The notes: generated from the sequence alone by a model not told the origin. Shown: positions 48,579-58,980, numbered from the stretch's first letter. The stretch: DNA of 64,000 bases from an uncultured delta proteobacterium (GCA_963696385.1 CAVOKF010000005.1:96001-160000), one strand, 5' to 3'. A program made the numbers and translations.

Positions 48579-50057
48579 CTAGAGCGGTCCGCCCCAAGCA
48601 ATCCCGTATACCGGGGTTTCGCCGCGGGACGTCAGGCTCGAGCCAACGATGCCCGCTGAGGGCCCGCCGAGGAGTCCAATGCGCTGCAGTTTGGCAGCCC
48701 CGAAGTCGCGTGTCAGCCACCATGCCCCCAGTCCGCCGCCGATGCTTCCGCCGATCGTCGTCGCGAGCCACCCGCGGGTTTTCGCCGGCGTTGCGTTCTG
48801 AAAGATGAGTGGGCTGCCGATTGCGGCGCCTATCAGTGCGCCACCGCCCACGCCGACATCGACCAGCAAAACCCGTGAAGGCGAGACGGTCACCTGCGTG
48901 GCAAGAGCACCGGCGGCTATGAGTCCGACGGCGGTGCCGTAACCCCCTCCCGAATACGCATTGGTTTGGCTCAACGTGGCGCCGCGGTAGAGAAGCTCCC
49001 CCGCACCACCGAGCAACAACCCAAACGTTCCTCCCGAGTGCACGAGCATCGCGTCCCCGTCGTCCATGGAAGTTCGGGCGATCGCCACGGTCGCCGCGGC
49101 AGCGCCAATCAGACCCCCGCCTACCCCCCAGGAGTAGCGGTCATCGAACGGTTGAATGTTGCGTCCGGCGGCGATCATGATCGCTGAAGCCGCACCCCAC
49201 CAGGCGCCTGCGGACAGTACCCACGCATCACCGGAGGTGAGGTCCCATTCGTCCGCCACGAGGAGTGCGGCACCGACGCCAATACCGGTTCCAAGGGCGA
49301 GGAGCGGATAGAGAACGCGGGGATCGGCGGAGCCGCTCGCGCGTTGTACGCTGAAGGCCGAGAATCCACCGAACAGTCCTGCGTTGACCGCGAGCACCGC
49401 GCGCCCTTGGGAGCGCAGCGGGCTCGTAATGCCTTGCGACGTTCCGCGCGCCGCTTTCTCGCGCTCTTGCTCGATGGCGGCCTGCGCCGCCGTGGCGGGT
49501 GACAGCAGGTCTCGGAGCATGACGAGACCGCGAACGCCGACCGAATCGGCGGGTACGGTCTCGACCCGCACTCGAAGCTCCCGCCCATTCGGCGGGACGA
49601 CGACGATGCGGGTGATGAATTCGCCGGTGCCGGCGCTCTCGATGCGCGGACTGACGACCCATGTTCCACCGTCCGGCGTCGCGCTTCCACCGGCGGCCCC
49701 CGCCGCTCGACCGATCAGATCCCCATCACGCGTGCGTCCCGGCGCAGGCCCCGTATCGGCGACGTAGAGAGTGAAGCCGAGATCTTGCACCGCGTCGCGC
49801 AATGTTGCGTCAAGCTCGAGCGCCCGTTCGTACACGTCCTTGTCGCCACTCGGCTGTGGCTTGTGAAGCGACGATGTGGTTGGAACGTCCCCAACCGGAG
49901 TCAATGTGGGCCATACGACGACCGGCGGTCGCGTCGTTCCATCGTCGGCGGCCGGGTGACCATCCTGTGCCTGCGACGTCGCCGGAGTGTCGGCGTCCGC
50001 AGTGGCTGGGCAGGCGAGCGCGAGGAATGCAACGGCAACGAGCAACGCAGATCGCAT
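48579..50057 (-). CDS. Exported protein with repeated glycine-rich hydrophobic hairpins
   Basis: Signal peptide, soluble N-domain, then about three GxxxG-rich repeats. Confidence 0.65.
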   Translation of the reverse strand: MRSALLVAVAFLALACPATADADTPATSQAQDGHPAADDGTTRPPVVVWPTLTPVGDVPTTSSLHKPQPSGDKDVYERALELDATLRDAVQDLGFTLYVADTGPAPGRTRDGDLIGRAAGAAGGSATPDGGTWVVSPRIESAGTGEFITRIVVVPPNGRELRVRVETVPADSVGVRGLVMLRDLLSPATAAQAAIEQEREKAARGTSQGITSPLRSQGRAVLAVNAGLFGGFSAFSVQRASGSADPRVLYPLLALGTGIGVGAALLVADEWDLTSGDAWVLSAGAWWGAASAIMIAAGRNIQPFDDRYSWGVGGGLIGAAAATVAIARTSMDDGDAMLVHSGGTFGLLLGGAGELLYRGATLSQTNAYSGGGYGTAVGLIAAGALATQVTVSPSRVLLVDVGVGGGALIGAAIGSPLIFQNATPAKTRGWLATTIGGSIGGGLGAWWLTRDFGAAKLQRIGLLGGPSAGIVGSSLTSRGETPVYGIAWGGPL

Positions 50058-50129
50058 GCACGATGATTAGAACATCACGATGCGCATGGACCAAAGGTCC
50101 ACGGTCGCAAACGCCGTGCCCCGGGGAGT

Positions 50130-50420
50130 CGATCGTGACCGGAGCCCGATATCGGCGCCCGCAAGGAGGCTCGAAGTCGACGAATAATTCGCAATGTCCT
50201 CGTCCGCCGAAACGAAGCCCGCGAAAACCGATGCGCTTTCGCCCGAATCTCCGCGTATTTTTACGACTGGTTGAAACCGAGTACGATATCGGCGTCTGCT
50301 GGAATCGTGTTTGTCAAAAGCGTCGGCGACGGTGGTCGTCTCCGCCGCGTCGCTCACGAGCCGAAGTTCGCGGGCGCCGACTGGACCGTTGGGCCAATTG
50401 AGCCAAGGTCGACAGCGCGA
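50130..50420 (-). pseudogene. Decayed 5' fragment of a putative myxobacterial exported protein gene
   Basis: RELRLVSDAAETTTVADAFDKHD / shifted frame DADIVLGFNQS*K / GFVSADEDIANYSSTSSLLAGADIGL. Family resemblance from memory only. Confidence 0.4.
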
Positions 50421-50487
50421 TCACACTGACGGCGGGCGACGGAGTCACGCGCCAACGGTTGGCGCGAACGGGCCCCGTTGCCGGTGC

Positions 50488-51465
50488 TCATCGTACCGGG
50501 ACTTCCGACCAAGCGGCGTCGGCGGCGGCAATCATCTCCGTCAATGACCTGACGTCATCGGACGACGGCAGAATTTGCAGTCTGAGTCGAGCGACTGCGC
50601 ACGAAGCGCGGGCGATGCGACGAGCCCGCACCTGTTCGGCCGCGTCTTCGCTAGGCTTGGCCGAATCGCCAATTCGGTCGAGAAGGGCGCGCGCGAGCGC
50701 TTGTGCCCCTGCCGCTCTTACGGAGCACCCATCGGCCGCCGCCCGGGCGCTGGCGAGCGGTGAGCGCGAGCTCGCGGGGACAATCCGAAGAATTCCTACG
50801 ATCCACCTTTGCCAAGGCTCTTCGCTTGTGTCGACCGGTCCCGCGTCTGCCGCGGGACCGGACTCCACGCGGGCGTCGTCGGTTGTCCACAGGAACCCGG
50901 TGCCGCTGGCGATGGCGGCCGTCGTCCCCTTTGGGCCGACGTCGATATTCAGCCTTGCGGCGACGTACCGTAGGACGCACACGGGCGTTACGATCCACTG
51001 TTCCGCCCCCGGAGTCTCGCCGCCACCTTCGGAGCTTTCGAATCGACCTGCCGCCAGCCAGGATTCCTCCCGTTGGCCGACACAGGGCCGCACTCGCCCT
51101 GAACCAAAGAAGGTGCTCTCGCGCGATGTGCGCGGGTCCTTCACCACCAGACGCGTCCCTGCGCCGAGGAGCAACCAGCCATTGCCGGGCGGTAGGACGT
51201 CGCTGGCCGTGACTGCTGCGCCAAGCAGCGGGTAGCTCGCGTCTGGCGTGACGTCCAGTCGTACGTCGCCGTCCGCGGCGATCACACGGCATGGATCGTG
51301 GGCCGTGCGTGATGAGTGCGGGGCGGCCCGTGTGAGTGAGCTCGACGACGGGGACGAAGGCCTCGTTGCGGCGGCATCCCCGGGGCTGACACGATCAGAG
51401 GGGGCACCGTGGCAAGCCGTCAGGAACCAGATCGGTGCCAACGGTCGCAGCCAATAGCGCTTCAC
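50488..51465 (-). CDS. Putative lipoprotein with FecR-like beta domain
   Basis: WFLTAC lipobox-like motif, Ser/Pro linker, beta-rich segment (IVTP..VLR..ARL.IDV), helical C-terminus. Start 51465 or 51501. Confidence 0.5.
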   Translation of the reverse strand: MKRYWLRPLAPIWFLTACHGAPSDRVSPGDAAATRPSSPSSSSLTRAAPHSSRTAHDPCRVIAADGDVRLDVTPDASYPLLGAAVTASDVLPPGNGWLLLGAGTRLVVKDPRTSRESTFFGSGRVRPCVGQREESWLAAGRFESSEGGGETPGAEQWIVTPVCVLRYVAARLNIDVGPKGTTAAIASGTGFLWTTDDARVESGPAADAGPVDTSEEPWQRWIVGILRIVPASSRSPLASARAAADGCSVRAAGAQALARALLDRIGDSAKPSEDAAEQVRARRIARASCAVARLRLQILPSSDDVRSLTEMIAAADAAWSEVPVR

Positions 51466-51505
51466 GCGGATTGCATTCGGCCCCCGTCCACGTCGAGACA
51501 CCCGT

Positions 51506-52840
51506 TCACCGCGCGATCGTTGGGAGGCCGGGCGGGATGGGATCGCTCTCGACCTCCGGAAATATCTCGGAAGTGACGTCCTCAGCGGCCAGCTCGCGTT
51601 TCATCTCATGGAGCTCGCTGTTGGTTTGGTCCAGCCGATCCGCCAGTACCCCGAGAAACTGCCACAGCATCTTGACGGCGACTTCGTGCTCTTTGCGGAG
51701 GATCTCGAAGAAATCTCCGCGACGGATCGCGATGAGATCCGTGGGACCGACGGCCGCGACGGTCGCCGAACGCGGCACGCTCCGGATGAGCGCCATTTCT
51801 CCGACATGCTCGCCCGGTCCGAGGTGCGTAAGTGTTTGGTCGCCGCGTGAGACACGAACCTGCCCTTCGAGCACGATGAAGAGCTCGTCGCCCTTGTCCC
51901 CCTCGCGAATGACAATTTCCCCACCCTTGAACTCGCGGACCTGCACCGCCTGCATCACGCGCAGGAGCTCCCGCTCGGTCAGCCGTGCGAAAAGCGGCAT
52001 GTTGGCGAGAACGTCGCGCTTGAGTGCGAGCCGCTTGGCCTGTGCGGCGTCCACCGCTCCTTCGGCCCCCACTTTCACGACGATCGTTGTGATGTTGTCG
52101 CGGCCACCGCGCGAATTGGCTAGGTCCACCAAGGACTTGACGCTGGCATCGCCATCGAGTGACAGCGGCCCGTCGAGCTCATCGGGCGATTGGAGGTAGC
52201 CGTGCAGCCCGTCGCTTGCGAGCACGAGCGTGTCTCCAGCGATGAGCTCGATGACCAGGGTATCGACCTCGACGCGTTCGTACACGCCGACCGCTCGGGT
52301 AATCGCGTTTTTTTGCTGCACCTTTTCGATTTGCTCACGAGTCAACTTGCCGCGCTTGATGAGCTCGTTATAGACAGTGTGATCTTCCGTCACTTGCTGC
52401 GTGCGGCCGCCGCGAGCGAGATACACGCGGCTGTCTCCTACGTGCGCGATGAATCCCTGGTGCCCAAGCACGAGGAGCGCACTTAGCGTCGTCCCCATTC
52501 CGCGCTTGTTCGGATCGTTGCTGGCCTCCTCGTGGATCTTTGAGCACGCGCGCTGAACTGCGTGCTCGAGAAGCGCAACGACGTCTCGAGCCGTGACCCG
52601 GTTCGCGCCGGTTGCCCCGGCAACATAGTCATCAAGAAGTTCTTTTTCGCGTCGGACCTCTTCGTGAACCGCGCGCACTGCCATGGCGCTCGCGACCTCA
52701 CCGGCCGCGTGACCGCCCATTCCGTCGGCAACGACAAAGAGCGACAGCTTCTTGTCGACCAGGAAATTGTCCTCGTTGTGATCGCGCAGCTTGCCGACGT
52801 CCGTCGCGGCGTAGAAGCGGAGAAAGTCGGTCGATGCCAT
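51506..52840 (-). CDS. PP2C (Stp1/IreP-type) Ser/Thr phosphatase with C-terminal cNMP-binding domain
   Basis: TDVG..R.HNED, VADGMGG, GTT, HVGDSR, SDGL, GRDNIT; cNMP cassette GEHVGEMALI..PRSATV. Confidence 0.93.
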   Translation of the reverse strand: MASTDFLRFYAATDVGKLRDHNEDNFLVDKKLSLFVVADGMGGHAAGEVASAMAVRAVHEEVRREKELLDDYVAGATGANRVTARDVVALLEHAVQRACSKIHEEASNDPNKRGMGTTLSALLVLGHQGFIAHVGDSRVYLARGGRTQQVTEDHTVYNELIKRGKLTREQIEKVQQKNAITRAVGVYERVEVDTLVIELIAGDTLVLASDGLHGYLQSPDELDGPLSLDGDASVKSLVDLANSRGGRDNITTIVVKVGAEGAVDAAQAKRLALKRDVLANMPLFARLTERELLRVMQAVQVREFKGGEIVIREGDKGDELFIVLEGQVRVSRGDQTLTHLGPGEHVGEMALIRSVPRSATVAAVGPTDLIAIRRGDFFEILRKEHEVAVKMLWQFLGVLADRLDQTNSELHEMKRELAAEDVTSEIFPEVESDPIPPGLPTIAR

Positions 52841-53005
52841 GCCCAATTTACGAATGATGCCACGCTGCCCGGCCCGTGTGCAGCCCGTTTGCGTATCGGC
52901 CGACCGAGAAGTCGTCCAGGAAGACCATGGCGACAATTCAGACATGGGAGGGCACTGCACGGACCGAGCTCGCTGCAACGACGGCGCGGTGTAGACTGCG
53001 AGGAG

Positions 53006-55267
53006 ATGCTGTCGCTTTTGCATGCGCCGCAATCGTCCACGGCTACATGGATCGCCGCCCTCTGTTTCGCCCTCTTCTCGACCGGTTGCGGCGCGCGGGT
53101 AGCGAAGGCTCCAACGTTCGCGACGGAGCGGGCGGCGCCTCCCTCGGCCGAGGTGAGCGACGACGCGTTCGCCGTTGCGGTGCGCGACTTACTGCTGAGC
53201 GCGCCCGGGACGTCTGAGCGCGCGGTGCGGCTTACGGCAGTCGAAGGACGGCAGATGGCGCGCGCCGTCGCGCGGTTCAACACCCGCGCCGTGGATCGAG
53301 CTCTGGCCGCTGTGACTGGGGGCCTCTACCTCCTCCGCGCCGGAGACTCGGTGCCCGGGCTGCTCGGCGGCAACGGCTGGGCTGCCCTCGACTCTGCGGT
53401 GAAGGAGCTGGCTTTGCGCGGCGACGAGGGGCGGTCTCGCGCCATCTACGATCTGCTCCTGAGGCTGGCGCCGGCCGAGAAGCGAGCCGATGTGCTTGGC
53501 CACCTTGACGCACTCGATGAATGGACACGGACCGCGGTCGTGGAAGGGGGCACCGTCGCCAGCGCCGGCGCGCTGGAGAGGGTCGCCGTGCACCGGCGCC
53601 TTCTCGAGCCGACCGAAGCGGCCGTCGCCGATGCCACCAAGGCGACTACGGAATGGATCCAGCGGGCTCTTGCGCTGCGCGACAAGTTTAGAAGGACGCG
53701 TGCTCAACCCGACCGCGAAGAGGGTGCCGAAGCGTGGCGCGCCCTCGAGACCGGGCCTTTGGTGCTCGCCTCCATTTACTTGCGCGACGCGGACATCCGC
53801 GGCGCGCTTGCCGTCCTGGACCGGGCCCAAGCCCGTGAGCTCCTCGAGTCGGAACGTCCCCAGTTCGCCGCAGCCCTCCAGGCGGCGGCTCAGGATCCGA
53901 CCATCGCACGGTGCGTTGACTTGCTGACTCAGATCCGATCACTCACCAGCCGAGAACCAGGGCGTGACGAGGGAGAGTTTGCCGACGATCGCGACGTGTT
54001 GGGGGCGGCCGCCTTCGGGGTCGCTAGCGAATGTTACCGTTTGGACCCGACCGTCCCACAAGTCGCAATGTCGCTCGTTGTCGCTCTTGACGAGCTTGGG
54101 ATGGTCGAAAGCTCACCGGCCGTCCTGCTGGAGGCGGTGCGTGCCCACCCGGAACCAGCGGTCACGAGTGAGGCGCTCGGTCTCACTCTCGCTGCCATGG
54201 CCAGTGAAGAAGAAGCGGGTGAACCAGACGCCGCACGGCGTACGTTCCGCGTCGCGCAACCGTTGCTCGCCATCGCTGGCCAGACCGGGCTGGTCGGCAA
54301 GGTTCGTCCAAGCGCGGCTCGCATCCGGGCGACCATGGGCGAGATCGAGCTTCGGGAAGGACGGATCGATCAGGCTCGCGCGCTACTCAAGGAATCGGCA
54401 GACGAGGAACCATCGGGCGGCGTACTTCTCGTACTGGCGCGGATTGAGTGGCGAGACGGCCACGCCCCGGCCGCGCTCGAACACCTCCGTGCGGCGCTCG
54501 CGGCGCAAGACGCTCAATCCGACGGAGCGCTACGGGGAGAGGTTCTGCTGACAATCAGTGACCTGGCGCGCGAAAAGGGAGATGTGGCGGCCGCGCGCAC
54601 TCCGCTGGCGGAAGCTCTGAAGGAGCTCGTTCAATCCCGAAACGCTCCGAATGCCGACACGCGCGCAAGGATCGAGCGCGTCCTTTCGCGGGTTCTGGAC
54701 CGATTCGGTGCGGCGCAACCTGCGGAGCGTGCACTCGAGCGCGCATACGACGCGGCGCCGGGGGACAAGCACCAAGCGGCGCAGACCATCGAACTTCTGA
54801 TCGGCCGTGCCTTCGTCCGGGGCGACGTTGCATCTGCCCGGGATGGCCTGCAGCGGGCGCTGGCCGTCGATCTCGACGTCGACGACCTCGTCTACTTCGC
54901 CCTTTGGGTGCGTCTTCTCGAGCGCCAGATGCACGTCGGAACGGACGGAATGCCGGATCGTGTCTTCGCTTCGATTCCGGACGATGGTCGCTGGATCGCT
55001 ACGCTAGCGCGGTTCGGTGAGGGAAAGCTCAAGGCTGAGGACCTCGTCCTGCGAGCGACGACGCCCATTCAGAGGTACGAGTCGCTCTTTTATGCGGCTA
55101 TGGACCGCCGAGTGTCGGGCGATACCAAAGGCGGCGACGAACTTCTGCGCCAGGTCGTCGCCGGAACTGGCTTAGAGCTCAGCGAAGTCACGCTTGCGCG
55201 CGACATCCTCGACCCGGGACGGGCGCAGATCGGCGGCCCGCTGCCTCCGGACATCGCCATACCATGA
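53006..55267 (+). CDS. Large TPR-like helical lipoprotein
   Basis: LFSTGC lipobox-like motif; Ala/Leu/Arg-rich helical repeats (MGEIELREGRIDQARALL, LARIEWRDG..AALEHL). Confidence 0.65.
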   Translation: MLSLLHAPQSSTATWIAALCFALFSTGCGARVAKAPTFATERAAPPSAEVSDDAFAVAVRDLLLSAPGTSERAVRLTAVEGRQMARAVARFNTRAVDRALAAVTGGLYLLRAGDSVPGLLGGNGWAALDSAVKELALRGDEGRSRAIYDLLLRLAPAEKRADVLGHLDALDEWTRTAVVEGGTVASAGALERVAVHRRLLEPTEAAVADATKATTEWIQRALALRDKFRRTRAQPDREEGAEAWRALETGPLVLASIYLRDADIRGALAVLDRAQARELLESERPQFAAALQAAAQDPTIARCVDLLTQIRSLTSREPGRDEGEFADDRDVLGAAAFGVASECYRLDPTVPQVAMSLVVALDELGMVESSPAVLLEAVRAHPEPAVTSEALGLTLAAMASEEEAGEPDAARRTFRVAQPLLAIAGQTGLVGKVRPSAARIRATMGEIELREGRIDQARALLKESADEEPSGGVLLVLARIEWRDGHAPAALEHLRAALAAQDAQSDGALRGEVLLTISDLAREKGDVAAARTPLAEALKELVQSRNAPNADTRARIERVLSRVLDRFGAAQPAERALERAYDAAPGDKHQAAQTIELLIGRAFVRGDVASARDGLQRALAVDLDVDDLVYFALWVRLLERQMHVGTDGMPDRVFASIPDDGRWIATLARFGEGKLKAEDLVLRATTPIQRYESLFYAAMDRRVSGDTKGGDELLRQVVAGTGLELSEVTLARDILDPGRAQIGGPLPPDIAIP

Positions 55268-55295
55268 CTTACCGGCTTCAGGCGATCGGGAGGGC

Positions 55296-56201
55296 ATGAG
55301 CAGCCGACCCGCGATTCGCCGCGCCATCGACTGGGGCGAGCTGTCGCCCCTTCGTCTGCGCGCCCGCGAGGTTGCCGAGGGCCTCTACGCGGGTATTCAC
55401 CGAAGCTCGTTGCGTGGCGCTGGCATTGAGTTCGGAGGGTACAGGGAGTACGTCCCCGGCGACGACCTGCGCTGGCTCGACCGTCGCTCGCTCCTCAGAC
55501 ACGATCGATGGTTGGTCCGCCAATTCGAGACCGAGACCGATCGTGCGGTGGCCATCGTCCTTGACGCGTCGGCGTCGATGACCTACCGCGGCCCGCGCGC
55601 GCCGGCCGCGAAGATCGCATTCGCCTCCGTCGTCGCCGCGGCGCTGGCGCGCGTCGCTCTGGCGAGTGGCGATCCGGTCAGCCTGACCTTTATCGCCGGC
55701 GTTCGCGTGACGCCGGTTCGACGAGCCAGCGGACAAGAGCAATTCGAACGCGTGCTGGTGGCTCTCGAGTCCGCAGAGCCGGGCGGAGACGCCTATACGG
55801 ATCCGGAAGTCATCGATCGCGTGATCCAGTCGGTGGCGCGCAGTAACCGTCGCGGTGCGATCATCGTTGTGCTAAGCGATCTGGTGGATTGGCCGGACGG
55901 GGCGATCGACCGGGTCGCAACGATGGGGACGGGAGGGCGCATTCTGGTGGTCACGCGCGTGCTCGATCCCGCCGAGGCGAACTTTCCCTTCGAAGGCACC
56001 GTCCGCCTCCGCGCGCTCGAGGGTGAATCCATGGTCGAGACCGACGCCGATGCGGCCCGCGAAAGCTATCTTCGAGCGCTCGCACGCCTGACGCACGACT
56101 GGCGGGACGCTATGGTTCGTCGTGGCGGTCGATTTCTGACCGCTACCAGCGCGGATTCCCCGGTCACGCTCGTTCGCGAGATCGTCGAGTCAGTCCGATA
56201 G
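55296..56201 (+). CDS. DUF58 (vWA-like) protein, MoxR-associated family
   Basis: G.HRS..RG.GIEF..YREYVPGDDLR.LD, VRQFETE, LDASASM, VLSD, DPAE..FPF. Confidence 0.9.
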   Translation: MSSRPAIRRAIDWGELSPLRLRAREVAEGLYAGIHRSSLRGAGIEFGGYREYVPGDDLRWLDRRSLLRHDRWLVRQFETETDRAVAIVLDASASMTYRGPRAPAAKIAFASVVAAALARVALASGDPVSLTFIAGVRVTPVRRASGQEQFERVLVALESAEPGGDAYTDPEVIDRVIQSVARSNRRGAIIVVLSDLVDWPDGAIDRVATMGTGGRILVVTRVLDPAEANFPFEGTVRLRALEGESMVETDADAARESYLRALARLTHDWRDAMVRRGGRFLTATSADSPVTLVREIVESVR

Positions 56202-56378
56202 CCGGAATCCTGCGTTCATTCTATCGCGCGAGCATCGGGCCGAGAGCGCCGTCACGGACCGGGCGCCGGTCGCGATGGTCCCCGCAATGCGGCGTGCCGC
56301 GAGAAGGGGGCGCAATGCAACCACTTAGGGGGCGTGCGATCGCTCGGCGCATTCACGCGCATATGCTACCCGTCGCGC

Positions 56379-58321
56379 GTGGGCGTTCTCACCACGGTCG
56401 CGCTTGTCGTGGCCGTTCTTGTTGCAGTTCCCTTCCTCGCGCACCAGCTACGGAGGCGTCGCGCCGAAGAGCAGCCATTTCCGCCCGCTCGCCTAGTCGA
56501 CGCGGCGCCGCCGCAGGCGCGGCGCCGCTCTCGTTTGGAGGACCGTGCTCTTTTTGTCACGCGGGCTTCTGCGGTCGTAGCCCTCGCCGTGCTTGGCGCA
56601 TCGCCGTTCGTGCGATGCTCGCGGCTCTCGCTCCAACGATCGGGAGGCGCGTCGGTCGCAATGGCCATCGTCTTGGACGACTCGATGAGCATGCAGGCTG
56701 ACGCTGCCGGACGATCGCGCTTCGAGCGGGCCCGGCGCGGCGCGCACGAACTGCTGGCCTCTGCTCGAGAGGGTGACGCGGTGGCGCTTGTACTCGCTGG
56801 TAATCCTGCTCGCGTTGCGCTGGGGGCGACGACGGACATGGATGCGGCTCGTCAGGCCATCGATTCGCTCGCCGCAAGCGACCGCGCCACGGATCTCGAT
56901 GGGTCCGTCGTTCTGGCGGCGGATCTCTTGACCCCACTCCCGCAGGTCGATCGGCGGGTGGTGGTATTGAGCGACCTCGCCGACGGACATTCCGAAGGGC
57001 CGCCGCTTGGGCCCGCTTTGCCGGTACCCCTATGGGTTGCGCTTCCGGAATTGTCGGTCGACAAACCCGATTGCGGCGTTCTGCGCGCGGATAGGAAAGG
57101 GGCGCGGGTCCGAGTCGCCGTCGTTTGCGGTCCGACGCATAGCGCGGTCGGTCGCGACGTTATCGTGGAGGACGCTAAGGGCAACGAGCTCGGGCGCGAG
57201 ACCGTGAGCTCGGCGCCGAACGCCGACGTGACGGTCGTCCTGCCGTCTTCGGAACGAGCGCAGCGCGCGCGGCTCTCGGGCATCGACGCCATCGCGTCCG
57301 ACGACACGGCCCCAGTGGTTGCGGAGGTTGGACGCCAGGTGATCGCCGTGGTCGCCGACGTCGGCGATGAGGCCGTCGCCACGGGAGGCCCGCCGCTCGT
57401 CGAGCGGGCCCTCGCAGCGCTGAAGGTCGACGTCGACGTCGCGCCGGTCCCGGCGACCCCTGATCGCGTCGAGGATCTTTCCGCCGATCTCGGATTGATC
57501 ATCGATGATCCTCCCGGGCTTACTCCAGAGCAGCGGCACGCGGTCGCCGCGTTCATGGATGCCGGTGGCGTCGTTCTTTTGGCGATCGGACCACACGCCG
57601 CGGCGGCTCCCTTGGGTGCTACGCTTGAGCCGATCGCGATGCACCCTGTCTCATGGAAAGAGACCAAGGCCCGCGGATCTTCGCCGAATACAGCCGGGGT
57701 GTTGGCCGGCAGCGAGGCCACCTTGGTCGACCTCGGCGCCCCACGTCGAGCGGCGCTCAGCCCCGAGGATGTCGGGGCTTTCGAGCCCATCGTATCCTGG
57801 GAAGACGGTGCCTTGTTGGTCGGGCGCCGCACGATGGGCCGCGGCGAAGCATGGATCGTCACTCTGCCTCTTTCGATCGATGCGAGCGATCTAGCTCTCC
57901 GTCCCGCGTTCCTGGCGCTGCTCGACGCCTGGGTCGGGAGCGCACGCGAGCGTTCGGCCCCCCTGCGGAGCGACGTTGGCACTTCCTGGGGTTTCCCTGG
58001 GGCCGGTCAAGTTCTCGTTCAGGGTCCCGGCGGACCGGTTGCGACGACGCGTGACCGTGGGATCATTCGCGTCGTTCCCCCCGGATCGGCGCCTATCGCA
58101 TTACGGTCGACGGAAAGTCGGAGACCCGGATTGCGGCGCCAGTTCCGCGCGAGCTCGACATGCGCCCTCGCCCTACTCCGGCAGAGGCGACAGCGCCCAG
58201 CGTCCGCGATCGACGAGGTGCGGTAGACGCGAGCGGTCCCGTGGCCATCGCTTTGCTAGCGCTGGTGGCGCTTGAGCTCGTTCTTCGAATCGTATCGCGT
58301 CGACAGGCGGAGGCGACATGA
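56379..58321 (+). CDS. BatA-domain / vWA membrane protein, split by a 1-nt frameshift
   Basis: VPFLAH....R...FP (BatA), LDDSMSM MIDAS, VLSD. Adding one C to the run 58077-58082 gives RIGAYRITVDG..ELD..IALLALVALELVL, stop at 58321. Confidence 0.8.
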
Positions 58322-58365
58322 TGTAAACTCGGGTAGTTGCAGGGACCGACGCGAATGCCGGATCC

Positions 58366-58908
58366 ATGACAGCGCCCCGAATCGTCGCTGCGGTCCTGCT
58401 GCTAGCCGCTTGCGGCGGGCCGGGCATCTACGGACATTCACCGCAGTACCGCCCACTCGGTTCGGAGCGCGACGTCGTGGCCGGGGCGCGCGAATACGAC
58501 CCCGTCGGGCTTGCTCGCCGGCCGGACGATGGGCGATGGGGCAATGTTGTGCTCTTCGGCGTTGTCGATCGACGTCTCGTCGGCCCCGGCGGGCAGGCGC
58601 TCCTAAAGCTAGCGGTACGCCTGCTCGAGCCCCGAAACAGCTGCGAGCGCAGCGGCGACGACGACTCCTGTCGCGTGACCGTGAGCGACCAAGACGTCGG
58701 CGTTCTTTGGGCACTTGTGGCGTTGCGTGCCGACGACGACATCGGTCCGCTTGCGGTCGGACAACGGTCGCTCGTGCGCGTGGTCGGCGGGATTGCGCAA
58801 GACGTCTCTCCCGTCGACGGGGCGCCGGTCGTGCACGCCATCTGGTACCGGCATTGGCCGGTTCGGCAATATACGACGCGCGGCGCCGCGCGAATGCGGT
58901 CACCCTGA
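58366..58908 (+). CDS. Putative lipoprotein, Slp/YeaY-like OB fold
   Basis: LLAAC lipobox; VVLFGVV, LVRVVG.I, PVV...WYRHWP. Confidence 0.55.
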   Translation: MTAPRIVAAVLLLAACGGPGIYGHSPQYRPLGSERDVVAGAREYDPVGLARRPDDGRWGNVVLFGVVDRRLVGPGGQALLKLAVRLLEPRNSCERSGDDDSCRVTVSDQDVGVLWALVALRADDDIGPLAVGQRSLVRVVGGIAQDVSPVDGAPVVHAIWYRHWPVRQYTTRGAARMRSP

Positions 58909-58980
58909 GCCGTGCCGCCCTGGACGTCGGCACCCCGACTTGCGCGCGCCGGTGATCACCGCGATAGTTCCCTTTTGACC

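Noticed and set aside
56284..56300. Sigma-54-like CGGCACG..TTGC on the minus strand
   Set aside because: GG-to-GC spacing is 11 rather than 10, and no gene lies downstream on that strand.
58077..58082. Phase variation or programmed frameshifting at the C6 run
   Set aside because: Run is short, no slippery heptamer seen, and similar indels elsewhere point to assembly error.
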